From an uncultured Clostridia bacterium (lineage in GTDB: Bacteria > Bacillota > Clostridia > Oscillospirales > Acutalibacteraceae): DNA of 64,000 bases. The notes beneath the pieces are model-generated. The model saw only the letters and a program-made list of their open reading frames with translations, did not search any database and was not told where the DNA came from. Made by a program: the position numbers and the translations under genes. The stretch spans positions 67 through 64,066 of the forward strand of contig CANTDZ010000001.1 in the NCBI GenBank assembly GCA_947652665.1, written 5' to 3'. Positions 39,300 to 49,200 of the stretch are shown here, one piece after another; within the stretch, counting starts at the first letter, position 1; the number at the start of each line of letters is the position of its first letter.

Positions 39300-39646
39300 G
39301 GGCCTTTCCTCCTTCCCGCCGTGATGGTGAACCGGTGCAGGCCGTCTTCGTAGGTTTGGTCGGCATGCACCAGTCGGAACCCCGCCTTCTTTATCAGGGG
39401 GGCTTGGTTTTCCAGATTGTAATCGGGGGGCGTACCCCCCAGCTGCTCGGTGACGAAGAAGCCACCGGGCTTCAGCAGGCGGCGCACTCCCTCCAGGTCA
39501 TAGGGCGCGTGGTAGCAGAGGATCACATCAAAGGGCCCGTCCGCCGGGGTTAGGGGAAAGCGCGGGTCGGGCTGCGCGCCCCAAAACAGCACCTTCACCC
39601 CCGGCCGCAGGAAAAGCCGGGCGCGCTCCCAAAAATCCCACCTCAT
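39293..39646 (-). CDS. Short SAM-methyltransferase-like protein (117 aa) lacking the SAM-binding glycine loop
   Basis: FDVILCYH, RLLKPGGFFVTEQLG, AGF; overlaps the hisE stop and ilvB start. Confidence 0.55.
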   Translation of the reverse strand: MRWDFWERARLFLRPGVKVLFWGAQPDPRFPLTPADGPFDVILCYHAPYDLEGVRRLLKPGGFFVTEQLGGTPPDYNLENQAPLIKKAGFRLVHADQTYEDGLHRFTITAGRRKGPC

Positions 39647-39966
39647 GTGTTCTTGTCCACCTGGTGGAAGGTTTTCAGGTTTCCCTGCTTGGCGCTGCGC
39701 TTTTGAAGCTCCGCTTCCACTTCCTCCAGCGTGATGCCCTGCTGGGCCATGAGCACGGTCAGGTGGTAGAGAAGGTCGCTGATTTCCAGGACGGTCTCGG
39801 CGTTCTCCCCGTTTTTGGCGGCAATGATGACTTCCGCGCATTCCTCGCCGCACTTTTTCAATATCTTATCCAGGCCCTTCTCAAACAGGTAGCAGGTGTA
39901 CGAGCCCTCGATATGGGCGTCCTTGCGGGCCAGGACGGTGGCGTATAGCTCTTGCAATGGGTTCAT
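39643..39966 (-). CDS. hisE: Phosphoribosyl-ATP pyrophosphohydrolase
   Basis: [32 protein letters not shown]. Confidence 0.93.
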   Translation of the reverse strand: MNPLQELYATVLARKDAHIEGSYTCYLFEKGLDKILKKCGEECAEVIIAAKNGENAETVLEISDLLYHLTVLMAQQGITLEEVEAELQKRSAKQGNLKTFHQVDKNT

Positions 39967-41051
39967 GGTGTATCTCCTTTTTTCGGCCATAGTTTTTTGA
40001 AAAAGCAGCTGTGGCTCCCGGTGTGGCAGGCCGGGCCTTTCTGCTTGACTTTTATGAGCAAGGTGTCGTCGTCGCAGTCGGAATCGATGGAGCAGACCTG
40101 CTGGGTGTGGCCGGAGGTCTCCCCCTTGTTCCAAAGGGCCTGGCGGCTGCGGCTGTAGAACCAGGTAGTGCCGGTCTCCAGGGTCTTCATCAGGGACTCC
40201 CGGTTCATGTAGGCCAGCATCAGCACCTCCCCGGTGCTTTCCTCCTGGATGATGGCGGGGATGAGCTCGGACTTCTGGAAATAGCGCTCCAGCTCGTCCT
40301 CCACGGCCTGGCGGGTCTTGGGAGCCTTGCCGGACACCCGCTGGCAGGCGGTGATGGCCCGGCGCAAATCCAGGGCCCCGGTATAGATAGACTTCCCCGC
40401 AATGGCCCCGTAAAGCCCCAGGTCGTACAGGTTCACAATGTCCAAAAGGCTGCTGACCCCGCCGCTTGCGATAATATTGCAGCTTACCGCCCGGTTGAGC
40501 TTGTCCAGCATCTCCAGGTTGGGGCCGCTCATCATGCCGTCCTGCTGGATGTCGGTGCAGATGATGAACTCCACGCCGATGGCCTCCATCTGACGGGCCA
40601 GCTCGATATAGTCGGTCTGGCTCTTTTCCGTCCAGCCCTCAGCGGCGGCTTTGCCTCCCAGGGCGTCAATGCCCACGGCGATTTTCTTGCCGTAGTGCTT
40701 GACGGCTTCCTTTACAAAGGCCGGGTCCCGCAGGGCCGCCGAGCCCAAAATCACCCGGCTGATGCCGTGCTCCAGGTAGCTTTCCACGGCGGCCATATCG
40801 CGGATGCCGCCGCCCACTTCGATGTGCATATCCACATTCTGGGCCACGTCCAAGATAAGCCCCGCGTTCTGGGGGCACCCCGACTTGGCACCGTCCAAAT
40901 CCACCATGTGCATCCAGCGGGCCCCCTGCTCCTGGAAGCTTTTGGCGGTCTCCAAGGCGCTGTCGGCGACCACATGGGCCGTGGCGTAGTCCCCCTGGAA
41001 CAGGCGGACGCACTGGCCCTCGTGCAGGTCTATGGCAGGCAGAATAATCAT
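39963..41051 (-). CDS. hisA: HisA-HisI fusion (ProFAR isomerase plus phosphoribosyl-AMP cyclohydrolase)
   Basis: [35 protein letters not shown]; then [47 protein letters not shown], all in one frame. Confidence 0.93.
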   Translation of the reverse strand: MIILPAIDLHEGQCVRLFQGDYATAHVVADSALETAKSFQEQGARWMHMVDLDGAKSGCPQNAGLILDVAQNVDMHIEVGGGIRDMAAVESYLEHGISRVILGSAALRDPAFVKEAVKHYGKKIAVGIDALGGKAAAEGWTEKSQTDYIELARQMEAIGVEFIICTDIQQDGMMSGPNLEMLDKLNRAVSCNIIASGGVSSLLDIVNLYDLGLYGAIAGKSIYTGALDLRRAITACQRVSGKAPKTRQAVEDELERYFQKSELIPAIIQEESTGEVLMLAYMNRESLMKTLETGTTWFYSRSRQALWNKGETSGHTQQVCSIDSDCDDDTLLIKVKQKGPACHTGSHSCFFKKLWPKKGDTP

Positions 41052-41052
41052 A

Positions 41053-41631
41053 TCACAGCACTCCTTTCGAGGAGAGCACGCCCCCCTCTGTCTTTTTGCA
41101 GGCATCGCCCAAGGCGTGGGCCCAGGCCTTGAACAGGGCCTCGGCGATGTGGTGGGAATTGCTCCCATAGGGCGCGGACAGGTGCAGGGTCACGCCGCTG
41201 TTCATGGCAAAGGCCCGGAAGAACTCTTCCGTCATGCAGGCGTCAAAGGTGCCGATAACGGCCTGGGGGAACTGGGCCTGAAACACCAAAAAGGGCCGTC
41301 CGCTGATGTCTGCCGCGCAAAAACCCAGGGCCTCGTCCATGGGGATGTACGCGTGGCCGTACCGGGCAATGCCCCCCTTGTCCCCCAGGGCCTCCCCAAA
41401 GGCCTGGCCCAGCACGATGCCCACATCCTCCACGGTGTGGTGGCAGTCCACCTCCAGATCGCCCTGAGCGTCTACCGTAAGGCCAAAGCCGCTGTGCACG
41501 GAGAAGGCGGTGAGCATGTGGTCAAAGAAGCCGACGCCTGTAGAGATGCGGGTTTCGCCGCCGTCTAAATCCAGGGCCAGGGTGATGTCGGTCTCCTTGG
41601 TTTTGCGATGGATGGTCGCGGTGCGGCTCAT
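41053..41631 (-). CDS. hisB: Imidazoleglycerol-phosphate dehydratase
   Basis: [40 protein letters not shown]. Confidence 0.96.
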   Translation of the reverse strand: MSRTATIHRKTKETDITLALDLDGGETRISTGVGFFDHMLTAFSVHSGFGLTVDAQGDLEVDCHHTVEDVGIVLGQAFGEALGDKGGIARYGHAYIPMDEALGFCAADISGRPFLVFQAQFPQAVIGTFDACMTEEFFRAFAMNSGVTLHLSAPYGSNSHHIAEALFKAWAHALGDACKKTEGGVLSSKGVL

Positions 41632-42689
41632 GCGTCTGCCCCCTTTAGGTAATCTTCGGCGGCGGACAGGAACCGGGCGTTTTCCTCCCAGGTGCCGCAG
41701 GTGATGCGCACCACCCCGCCTGTCAGCCGGATAACGATGCTTTTGGATTTGAGGTACTCAAAAAATTCCTGCTTGTCGGGCATCAGCATCGTGCAGAAAT
41801 TCGTGGCCGACGGCAGCAGCGTAAAGCGGCCCGGATAGGCTTGGCCCAGCTTTTCCAGGCCGGCATACAGCTCGTCCCGGGACGCCAGGATGTCCTTTAG
41901 CGCCGCTTTTATGGCCAGCTCCTGCCCCAGGGCCAGGGCCCCGATCTTCTGGGAAAGCGCGTTCACATTGTAGGGCGATTTCGCCGCGCGCAGCACCTCC
42001 GCCAATTCCGGCCGCGCCACCGCAAACCCCAGGCGGATGGCCGCCATGCCGAAGGCCTTGGAGCACGTGCGCAGAAGGATGAGGTTGTCAAACTCCTCGG
42101 CCTGGACGAGCAGGCTTTGGTCGGAAAAATCCATATACGCCTCGTCCAAAATGACCAGCGCGTCTACTGAGCGGATGAGCCGGGCCACCTCCTCCCGGGG
42201 GCACACCAGCGAGGTGGGATTGCAGGGGTTGCTGAAAATCAGCAGTTTTACGTTTTCTTCCCGGCAGACCTGGATGGTTTTATCGATATCCAGTGTGTAA
42301 TCTTCGTTTTTCGGGATGGCCACGTGCCGGGCTTCCTGCAAAAAGCCGTTAAAGGCGTACATGGAAAAATCCGGCTCTATCGTGGCGAAGGCGTCGCCCT
42401 TCTCCAAAAACGTGCTGAAAATCACCGTGATCAGCTCGTCCGAGCCGTTCCCCGCCACGACCTGCTCCACCGGCACCCCGTAATGGGCGGCAAAGGCCGC
42501 GCAAGCTTCCCCGGCTGTGGGGTCGGGGTAGCGGTTGAAGGGCAGTTCTGCCAGAGCCGTCTGGGCGTCCAGCACAACCTCCTCCGGCAGGGGCAGGAAG
42601 GATTCGTTGGCATCCAGCCGCACCTCGTACTGCCCGGCGATGGGGTCATAAGGCTTTAACGCACCCGCCTTTTGATTCAGTTCATACAT
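41628..42689 (-). CDS. hisC: Histidinol-phosphate aminotransferase
   Basis: LDANES, RYPD, GNGSDELI, SNPCNPT, DEAYMDF, RTCSKAFG...RLG. Confidence 0.93.
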   Translation of the reverse strand: MYELNQKAGALKPYDPIAGQYEVRLDANESFLPLPEEVVLDAQTALAELPFNRYPDPTAGEACAAFAAHYGVPVEQVVAGNGSDELITVIFSTFLEKGDAFATIEPDFSMYAFNGFLQEARHVAIPKNEDYTLDIDKTIQVCREENVKLLIFSNPCNPTSLVCPREEVARLIRSVDALVILDEAYMDFSDQSLLVQAEEFDNLILLRTCSKAFGMAAIRLGFAVARPELAEVLRAAKSPYNVNALSQKIGALALGQELAIKAALKDILASRDELYAGLEKLGQAYPGRFTLLPSATNFCTMLMPDKQEFFEYLKSKSIVIRLTGGVVRITCGTWEENARFLSAAEDYLKGADA

Positions 42690-42993
42690 TCTCCGATTCC
42701 TCCTTCTTTTCCCCGCCGTACTCCTGCAGGCACCACATGACCGTGTCGTACACGTCGGCCACGGTGTCCTCAGGATTTTCATAGCGGCGCTGGCCCAGGC
42801 TGTACCAGTAGGTTTCCCGGAACAGGCGGCGCTCTTGGGAAATTTCCACGTAGCTTTCATCAAAGTATATCTTGTACTTTTTCCGCTTCACCTGAAACGT
42901 GAGCACCGCCGCCTCCTTGTGCTTGGTGAGCCATTCCAGCGTATGGCCCCGTCCCTCCAGGGCCTTGTAAACATCCTCGACCGTTTCCATCAT
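42682..42993 (-). CDS. Hypothetical 103-aa soluble protein inside the his operon
   Basis: TGATG coupling to the hisD stop, overlaps the hisC start; no recognisable motif. Confidence 0.65.
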   Translation of the reverse strand: MMETVEDVYKALEGRGHTLEWLTKHKEAAVLTFQVKRKKYKIYFDESYVEISQERRLFRETYWYSLGQRRYENPEDTVADVYDTVMWCLQEYGGEKKEESENV

Positions 42994-44279
42994 CAGCCGT
43001 CTTTGCGCACCCGGACGGAATTGGCGTGGGCGGTCAGCTCCTCGGTCTCGGCCAGGAGGATGATGTCGTCCGCAGCCTTTAAGAGGGCGTCCTTGGGGTA
43101 GTAGACAAAGCCGGACTTCTTCACGAAGTCATCCACGGAAAGCGGCGAGAAGAACCGCGCCGTGCCGCCGGTAGGCAGTACGTGGTTGGGGCCTGCGAAG
43201 TAGTCGCCCAAGGGTTCGGGGGAATAGTGCCCCAAGAACAGCGAACCCGCGTTATCCAGCCGCCCCAAATACTCGAAGGGGTTATCGCAGCAGACCTCCA
43301 AGTGCTCCGGGGCCAGAAGGTTTGCGAACTCCACGGCCTCGTCCATGTTCTCGGTGAGGATGACCGCGCCGTAGGTGTCCAGGGATTTTTCGATGATATC
43401 TTTCCGGGACAGCGTTTCCAGCTGACGGTAAAGGGCCTCTACCGCCTTCTGGGCCAAAGCCTCGTCCGGGGTGATGAGAATGGCCGACGCCATGGCGTCA
43501 TGCTCGGCCTGGCTCATCAGGTCGGCGGCGAGATACTCAGGGTTGGCAGAGGAATCGGCGATAATCAGGATTTCGCTGGGGCCTGCAATCATGTCGATGT
43601 CCACCACACCGTAAAGCTGCTTTTTAGCAGTGGCCACAAAAATGTTGCCCGGGCCCACGATCTTGTCCACCTTGGGCACCGTCTCCGTGCCGTAAGCCAG
43701 CGCAGCTACGGCCTGGGCACCGCCCATCAGAAACACCCGGTCGACGCCAGCGGCCAGGGCGGCGGCAATGATATTGGGGTCGGGACGGCCCGTGCGGCCG
43801 GGAGGGGTCGCCATGACGATCTCGCCCACCTCGGCCACCTGGGCGGGTATGACGTTCATCAGCACCGAAGACGGGTATCCCGCCGTGCCCCCCGGCACGT
43901 ACACCCCGGCACGGTGCAGCCCTCGAACCCGCTGTCCAGTGATAATGCCGCCCATGGGGTCGATGCGGCTTTGCTGCTTCTGCCGGGCATGGAAAGCCCG
44001 GATGTTCTCCGCCGCGCGCTCCAGGGCCGAGAGGAATTTAGGGTCGCACTCTTTGGCGATCTCCTCCATCTCGGGGCGGGTGAGCTCCAGCTTTTCCGGG
44101 GCCCAGCCGTCAAACTGGCGGGAATAGCTTTGGACGGCCTCATCGCCGCCCTCCTTCACCCCCTGGATGATTTGGGCCACAGCGTCCTCAATGCTGCGGT
44201 CGGCCTGGCCCACCCGGGCTTTCAGCTCCTCTATAAATGACAGGCGCGCCTGACGGTCGCCTTTGACAGTGCGTATCAT
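42993..44279 (-). CDS. hisD: Histidinol dehydrogenase
   Basis: [51 protein letters not shown]. Confidence 0.97.
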   Translation of the reverse strand: MIRTVKGDRQARLSFIEELKARVGQADRSIEDAVAQIIQGVKEGGDEAVQSYSRQFDGWAPEKLELTRPEMEEIAKECDPKFLSALERAAENIRAFHARQKQQSRIDPMGGIITGQRVRGLHRAGVYVPGGTAGYPSSVLMNVIPAQVAEVGEIVMATPPGRTGRPDPNIIAAALAAGVDRVFLMGGAQAVAALAYGTETVPKVDKIVGPGNIFVATAKKQLYGVVDIDMIAGPSEILIIADSSANPEYLAADLMSQAEHDAMASAILITPDEALAQKAVEALYRQLETLSRKDIIEKSLDTYGAVILTENMDEAVEFANLLAPEHLEVCCDNPFEYLGRLDNAGSLFLGHYSPEPLGDYFAGPNHVLPTGGTARFFSPLSVDDFVKKSGFVYYPKDALLKAADDIILLAETEELTAHANSVRVRKDG

Positions 44280-44296
44280 AAAAAACATCCCTTCCT

Positions 44297-44929
44297 TTAT
44301 TTATCCAATTCTTTCTCCAGCTTCGCCGCCAGGCCCTCGATTTCCCCCTTGCGCAGCTTCATGCTGGCCGGGTTCACGATGAGCCTTGCGGACACCTGCG
44401 CAATGGGCTCCACTACCGCAAGGCCGTTTTCCTTCAGGGTGGCCCCGGTCTCCACAATGTCCACGATGCCGTCGGAGAGCCCCAGAAGCGGGGCCAGTTC
44501 CACCGAGCCCTCAATCTTTATGATGCGCACGTCCATGTGCTTGCTTTCAAAAAAGCGGCGGGCCACGCTGGGGTATTTGGTGGCAATGGTCTTCACCCGG
44601 TACCCGGCATAAAAATCCGCGCCCTGGGGAGCCGCCAGCGCAAACCCGCAGCGGCCAAAGCCCAAATCCAAAATCTCAAAAAACTGGTGCCCCTGCTCCA
44701 TGATGGTGTCCTTGCCCACCACGCCCAGGTCGCACACGCCGTGCTCTACGTAGGTGATCACGTCGGCGGCCTTGGCCAGCACGGCTTCGATTTCCCCGCC
44801 GCCAATGGGCAGAATCAGCCGGCGGCCCTTGTCCTGGAGGCTTTGGCAGTCGTACCCGGCTTTCTCAAAAAGGGCGGCGGTCTTCTTTTCTAAACGGCCC
44901 TTGGTCAGGGCGATTCGCAACGGCTTCAA
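44297..44929 (-). CDS. hisG: ATP phosphoribosyltransferase, short form
   Basis: RIALTKGRL, DVITYVEHG..DLG.VGKD, IATKYP, GSVELAP..GL.D.IVDIVETG.TL; TTG start overlapping the hisZ stop. Confidence 0.94.
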   Translation of the reverse strand: MKPLRIALTKGRLEKKTAALFEKAGYDCQSLQDKGRRLILPIGGGEIEAVLAKAADVITYVEHGVCDLGVVGKDTIMEQGHQFFEILDLGFGRCGFALAAPQGADFYAGYRVKTIATKYPSVARRFFESKHMDVRIIKIEGSVELAPLLGLSDGIVDIVETGATLKENGLAVVEPIAQVSARLIVNPASMKLRKGEIEGLAAKLEKELDK

Positions 44930-46131
44930 CACACGCACCCCTTTCGGCTCAAGTCGATCTCCACAGCGGTCTCCCCCACCACAATCAGCCGGGGGATGCC
45001 GGTTTCTTTTGCATAGCGCTCGGCCTGCTGGCGAGTTTCGCACAGGGACAGCTCGCACAGCCGTCCTTGGCGGGTCAGCAGGGAAATGGCGCTTTCCGCT
45101 TCCGTTTCAAAGCCGGGCTCCCCATGCACCAGCACCGCCGGGACGGGTTCCTTATCCATACTGCCGCCCAACAGAAGGGCGCAGGCATCCACATCGATGG
45201 CAAAGCCCACGGCCGGCATGGGGTCGCCAAACTTCTCGCAGAGGGCGTCGTACCGGCCCCCCAGGAGCACGGCGGCACCATGGTCGGGGGCGTAGGCGCT
45301 GAACACCACCCCCGTATAATAATCGTTGCGCTGGACCAGGCCCAGGTCGACCATCAGCCGCTCACCCAGCCCCAGCTTTTGCAGGGCCCCGTACACTGTG
45401 CGCAGGTAGCCCAGCATCTCCCCCGCTTCGCCCGTGCAGAAGCGCTCGGCTTCCTCCAGGGCCTCCTCCCCGCCAAAAAGGCGCGGCAGCTGGCGGATGG
45501 CTTCGGCGGCCGGGTCCTGGCCCAGGGGCTCCAGGAGCCCTTCCAGGGCGGCGTAGTTTTTGGCCTCGATGGTGGCGCGCAGTTCCTCCTTCTGGTCGGC
45601 GGAAACCGGGAGCTTGTCCGCCAGCACCCGGAAAAGCCCCGCGTGACCCAGCTCAATGCGGAACCCCGGCACGCAGGCCTCCAGCGCCTGGGCGGCCAGG
45701 GAGATCACTTCCAGGTCGGCCCCCAGGCCCCCCACGCCCATGAGCTCCACGCCCATCTGGGCGCACTCGTCGTTGCGGCCGGAAAGGTCGGGGCGGTTGC
45801 GGTAGACGGTCTGGTTGTAATAGAGCCGCAGGGGCTTTCGCTGCCCTTGCAGGCGGGACGCCGCCATCCGGGCGATAGGCAGTGTAGAGTCCGGCCGGAA
45901 GACCACTAAACGCCCCCGGTTGTCGGTAGTCTTGTACATTTCCCGCTGGGGCAGGGCGGCCCCGGGCAGGCTGAACACGTCGTAGTATTCCAGCCCCGGC
46001 GTCATGACCTCCCGGTATCCCCGGGACGAAAAGGCCCAGGTCAGGCGGCGCTGTACCTCCCGGTGGCCCCGGCATTCCTCAAACAGGATGTCCCGGGCCC
46101 CTTCCGGGGTGATTCGGCTATATGTGCGCAT
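44926..46131 (-). CDS. hisZ: ATP phosphoribosyltransferase regulatory subunit
   Basis: TPEGARD, TPGLEYYD, RPDSTLPIAR, QMGVEL, YYTGVVF, GGRYD, AVGFA. Confidence 0.93.
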   Translation of the reverse strand: MRTYSRITPEGARDILFEECRGHREVQRRLTWAFSSRGYREVMTPGLEYYDVFSLPGAALPQREMYKTTDNRGRLVVFRPDSTLPIARMAASRLQGQRKPLRLYYNQTVYRNRPDLSGRNDECAQMGVELMGVGGLGADLEVISLAAQALEACVPGFRIELGHAGLFRVLADKLPVSADQKEELRATIEAKNYAALEGLLEPLGQDPAAEAIRQLPRLFGGEEALEEAERFCTGEAGEMLGYLRTVYGALQKLGLGERLMVDLGLVQRNDYYTGVVFSAYAPDHGAAVLLGGRYDALCEKFGDPMPAVGFAIDVDACALLLGGSMDKEPVPAVLVHGEPGFETEAESAISLLTRQGRLCELSLCETRQQAERYAKETGIPRLIVVGETAVEIDLSRKGCVC

Positions 46132-46149
46132 CTTCTTCTTTCCTCTCTG

Positions 46150-46195
46150 TACTTTATCGTGCTACTATAATAAAGCATAGACAAACTTTTGTCAA
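46150..46195 (-). promoter_or_regulatory. his operon promoter with a putative HisR (YerC/TrpR-like) operator
   Basis: TTGACA-17-TATTAT; minus-strand TGCTTTA...TAAAGTA half-sites overlap the -10. Confidence 0.55.
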
Positions 46196-46204
46196 GCCGC
46201 TTTT

Positions 46205-49200
46205 TTAGAACAAGGTGGTCTGGCTGCTCTCCGGCAGGCCTTTCAGGGCCCCTACCCCGCGCAAAGCCTCAATGACCGCGCTGGAAACCTTCGACCGGGC
46301 CTGCAGGTCGTCGATGGAAATGAATTCGCCGCCGCTTTGCCGGGCCTCCATGAGCCCTACCGCCGCCGCGCCGCCGACACCGCTCAGGCTGGAGAAGGGC
46401 AGGCGTATTTCGCCTTCCTCCACCAAAAACTTCGTGGCGTCCGACTTGTAAATATCCACCGGCCGCAGCTTGATGTCCCGGGCCAGCATTTCGTTGATAA
46501 TCTGCAGGGTGCCGAACTCGCCTTCCTCCTTGGCGCTGGCCTCCCGGTTTTTGATCTTCACGTCCAGCTCGCGCATCTTCCTGGACACGGCATCTTTGCC
46601 CAGGGCGGCAGTGGCCCCGTCAAAGTCGTCGCTGCGCACGGTAAAGTACGCGGCGTAGAACTCGGTGGGCGTGTGCACCTTGTACCAACCCAGGCGCAGG
46701 GCCGCGATCATATACGCCGCCGCATGGGCCTTGGGGAACATATACTTGATCTTAAAGCAGGAATCAATGTACCATTGAGGCACGTCGTGCTCCTTCATGG
46801 CGGCGATGTGCTCCTCGGTCAAGAGCTTTGTGGCCTTGCCCTTTCGCACAATCTCCATGATTTTAAACGCCATCTTCGGGTCCAGGCCCTTGTTCAGCAG
46901 GTAGACCATGATCTGGTCGCGAGTACCGATAACCTCGGAAATGGAGCAGGTGCCGGCCCGTATCAGCTCCTGGGCGTTGCCCAGCCACACGTCCGTGCCG
47001 TGGGAAAGGCCGGATATCTGCAAAAAGTCCGAGAAGCGGGTGGGCTTGCACTCCTCCAGCATACCGCGCACAAAAGGCGTGCCCAGCTCGGGCAGGGACA
47101 GGGTGCCCGTCTTGATGCCGCCCAAGTCCTCCGGGGTGACCCCCAGGGCTGCGGGCGAGTGGAACAGGCTCATCACGTCGGGGTCGCTCATGGAGACCTT
47201 CATGACGGGGATGCCCGTATAGTCCTCCAGGTAGCGGTAAATGGTGGGGACGTCGTGTCCCAGCTCGTCCAGCTTGCAGACGTTGTCGTGGATGGAGTGG
47301 AAGTCGAAGTGGGTGGTGATGTTGTCGGATTTCTGATCGTTGGCCGGGTGCTGCACGGGGCAGAAATCGTAGACCTCCATGCCTCGGGGCACCACAATCA
47401 TGCCGCCGGGATGCTGGCCCGTGGTACGCTTGACCCCCGTACACCCGATGGAAAGCCGCTTCTCCTCGGCCTTGTGGAAGGTAATCTGGCGCTCCTCGGC
47501 GTACTTCTTCACGTAGCCAAAGGCCGTCTTGTCCGCCACCGTAGCGATGGTTCCGGCCTTGAACACGTTGTCCCGGCCGAACAAGACCTCCGTGTAGCGG
47601 TGGGCACCGGACTGGTACTCGCCGGAGAAGTTCAGGTCGATATCGGGCACCTTGTCGCCGTCGAAGCCCAGGAACGTCTCAAAGGGGATGGTGTGGCCAT
47701 CCCGGTCCATATCCGTGCCGCAGTGGGGGCAGGCTTTGGGGGGCAGGTCAAAGCCGGAGTCCACGCTGCCGTCGGTGATAAACTCGCTGTGCTTGCAGTT
47801 GGGGCAGACATAGTGGGGCTCCAAGGGGTTTACCTCGGATATGCCCGACATACTGGCCACAAACGACGACCCCACCGAACCACGGGAGCCTACCAGATAG
47901 CCGTGCTCCTCGCTGTCGGCCACCAGCTTTTGGGCGGTCATATACAGCACCGAGAAGCCGTGCTTGACGATAGAGCCCAGCTCCTTGTTCAGCCGCTTTT
48001 CGACTATTTCCGGCACCGGGTCGCCGTAACGATCCTTGGCGCGCTGCCAGGTAATGTCGATGAGCTGTTCCTGAGCGCCTTCGATAAACGGCGGGAAATT
48101 GCCCATGGGCACAGGGCGCACGTGGTCGATCATATCGGCAATCTTGTTGGGGTTGGTGACGACTACCTCGAAGGCCTTCTCCTTGCCCAGGTAGCTGAAC
48201 TCCTCCAGCATTTCCGGGGTGGTACGCATATACAGGGGGGCCTGCTGGTCGGCGTCCGAGAAGCCCTTGCCTGCCATGAGGATCTTGCGGAACGTGGCGT
48301 CCTTGGGGTCTTTGAAATGCACATCGCAGGTGGCCACGACCATCTTGCCCAGCTTCTCGCCAATCTTTACGATGGTACGGTTATAATCCTTTAAGCCCTC
48401 GATGTCCGTATCGCCGTTGCGCACCATAAACATATTGTTGCCCAAGGGCTGTATTTCCAGGTAGTCATAGTATTCCGCAATCTTGCAGAGGTTTTCAAAG
48501 GAGTCGCCCCGCACCATGGCCTGGAAAAGCTCGCCCGCTTCGCAGGCACTGCCGATGAGCAGGCCCTCCCGGTACTTGTTCAGCTCGCTTTTGGGCGTGC
48601 GGGGGCTGCGGTAAAAATACTCCAGGTGGCCTTTGGAAATCAGGCGGTACAGGTTTTTCAGGCCGGTCTGGTTTTTTACCAGGATGATCATGTGGTAAGG
48701 CCGCAGCTTTTTGGGGTCGCCGCCCGCCAGCGCGCCATTGATATCGGACACGAGCCTGGCCCCCCGGCCCTCCTGCAGGCGCTGCAGAAGCCGGATGAAA
48801 ATCTCACCCAGGGTGGCGGCATCGTCGTCCGCCCGGTGGTGGTTGAAGGGCTTGAGCTTGAGATAGGCCGCTACCGTGTCCAGTTTGCAGTTTTTAATGT
48901 CTGTCAAAAGCGCCCGGCAGATGGGCACGGAGTCGATGTAAACATGGGAGAAGGGCATGCCGGTGCGCTCTCCGGCGGCGCGGAGGAAGCCGGTATCGAA
49001 CCCGGCATTGTGGGCCACTAAAATAGGGGCCTCCCCGCAGAACTCGTAGAAAGCGGCAAGGGCCTCGGCTTCTTTGGGGGCGTCCTTGACCATTTCGTCG
49101 GTGATGCCAGTCAGCTCCGTTATTTTGGCCGGGATGGGCATCCCGGGGTTTACGAAGGTATCGAAGTGCTCAGCGACCTGGCCGTTATGTATGCGCACCG

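Noticed and set aside
46337-48394. 685-aa plus-strand ORF
   Set aside because: Antisense shadow of polC.
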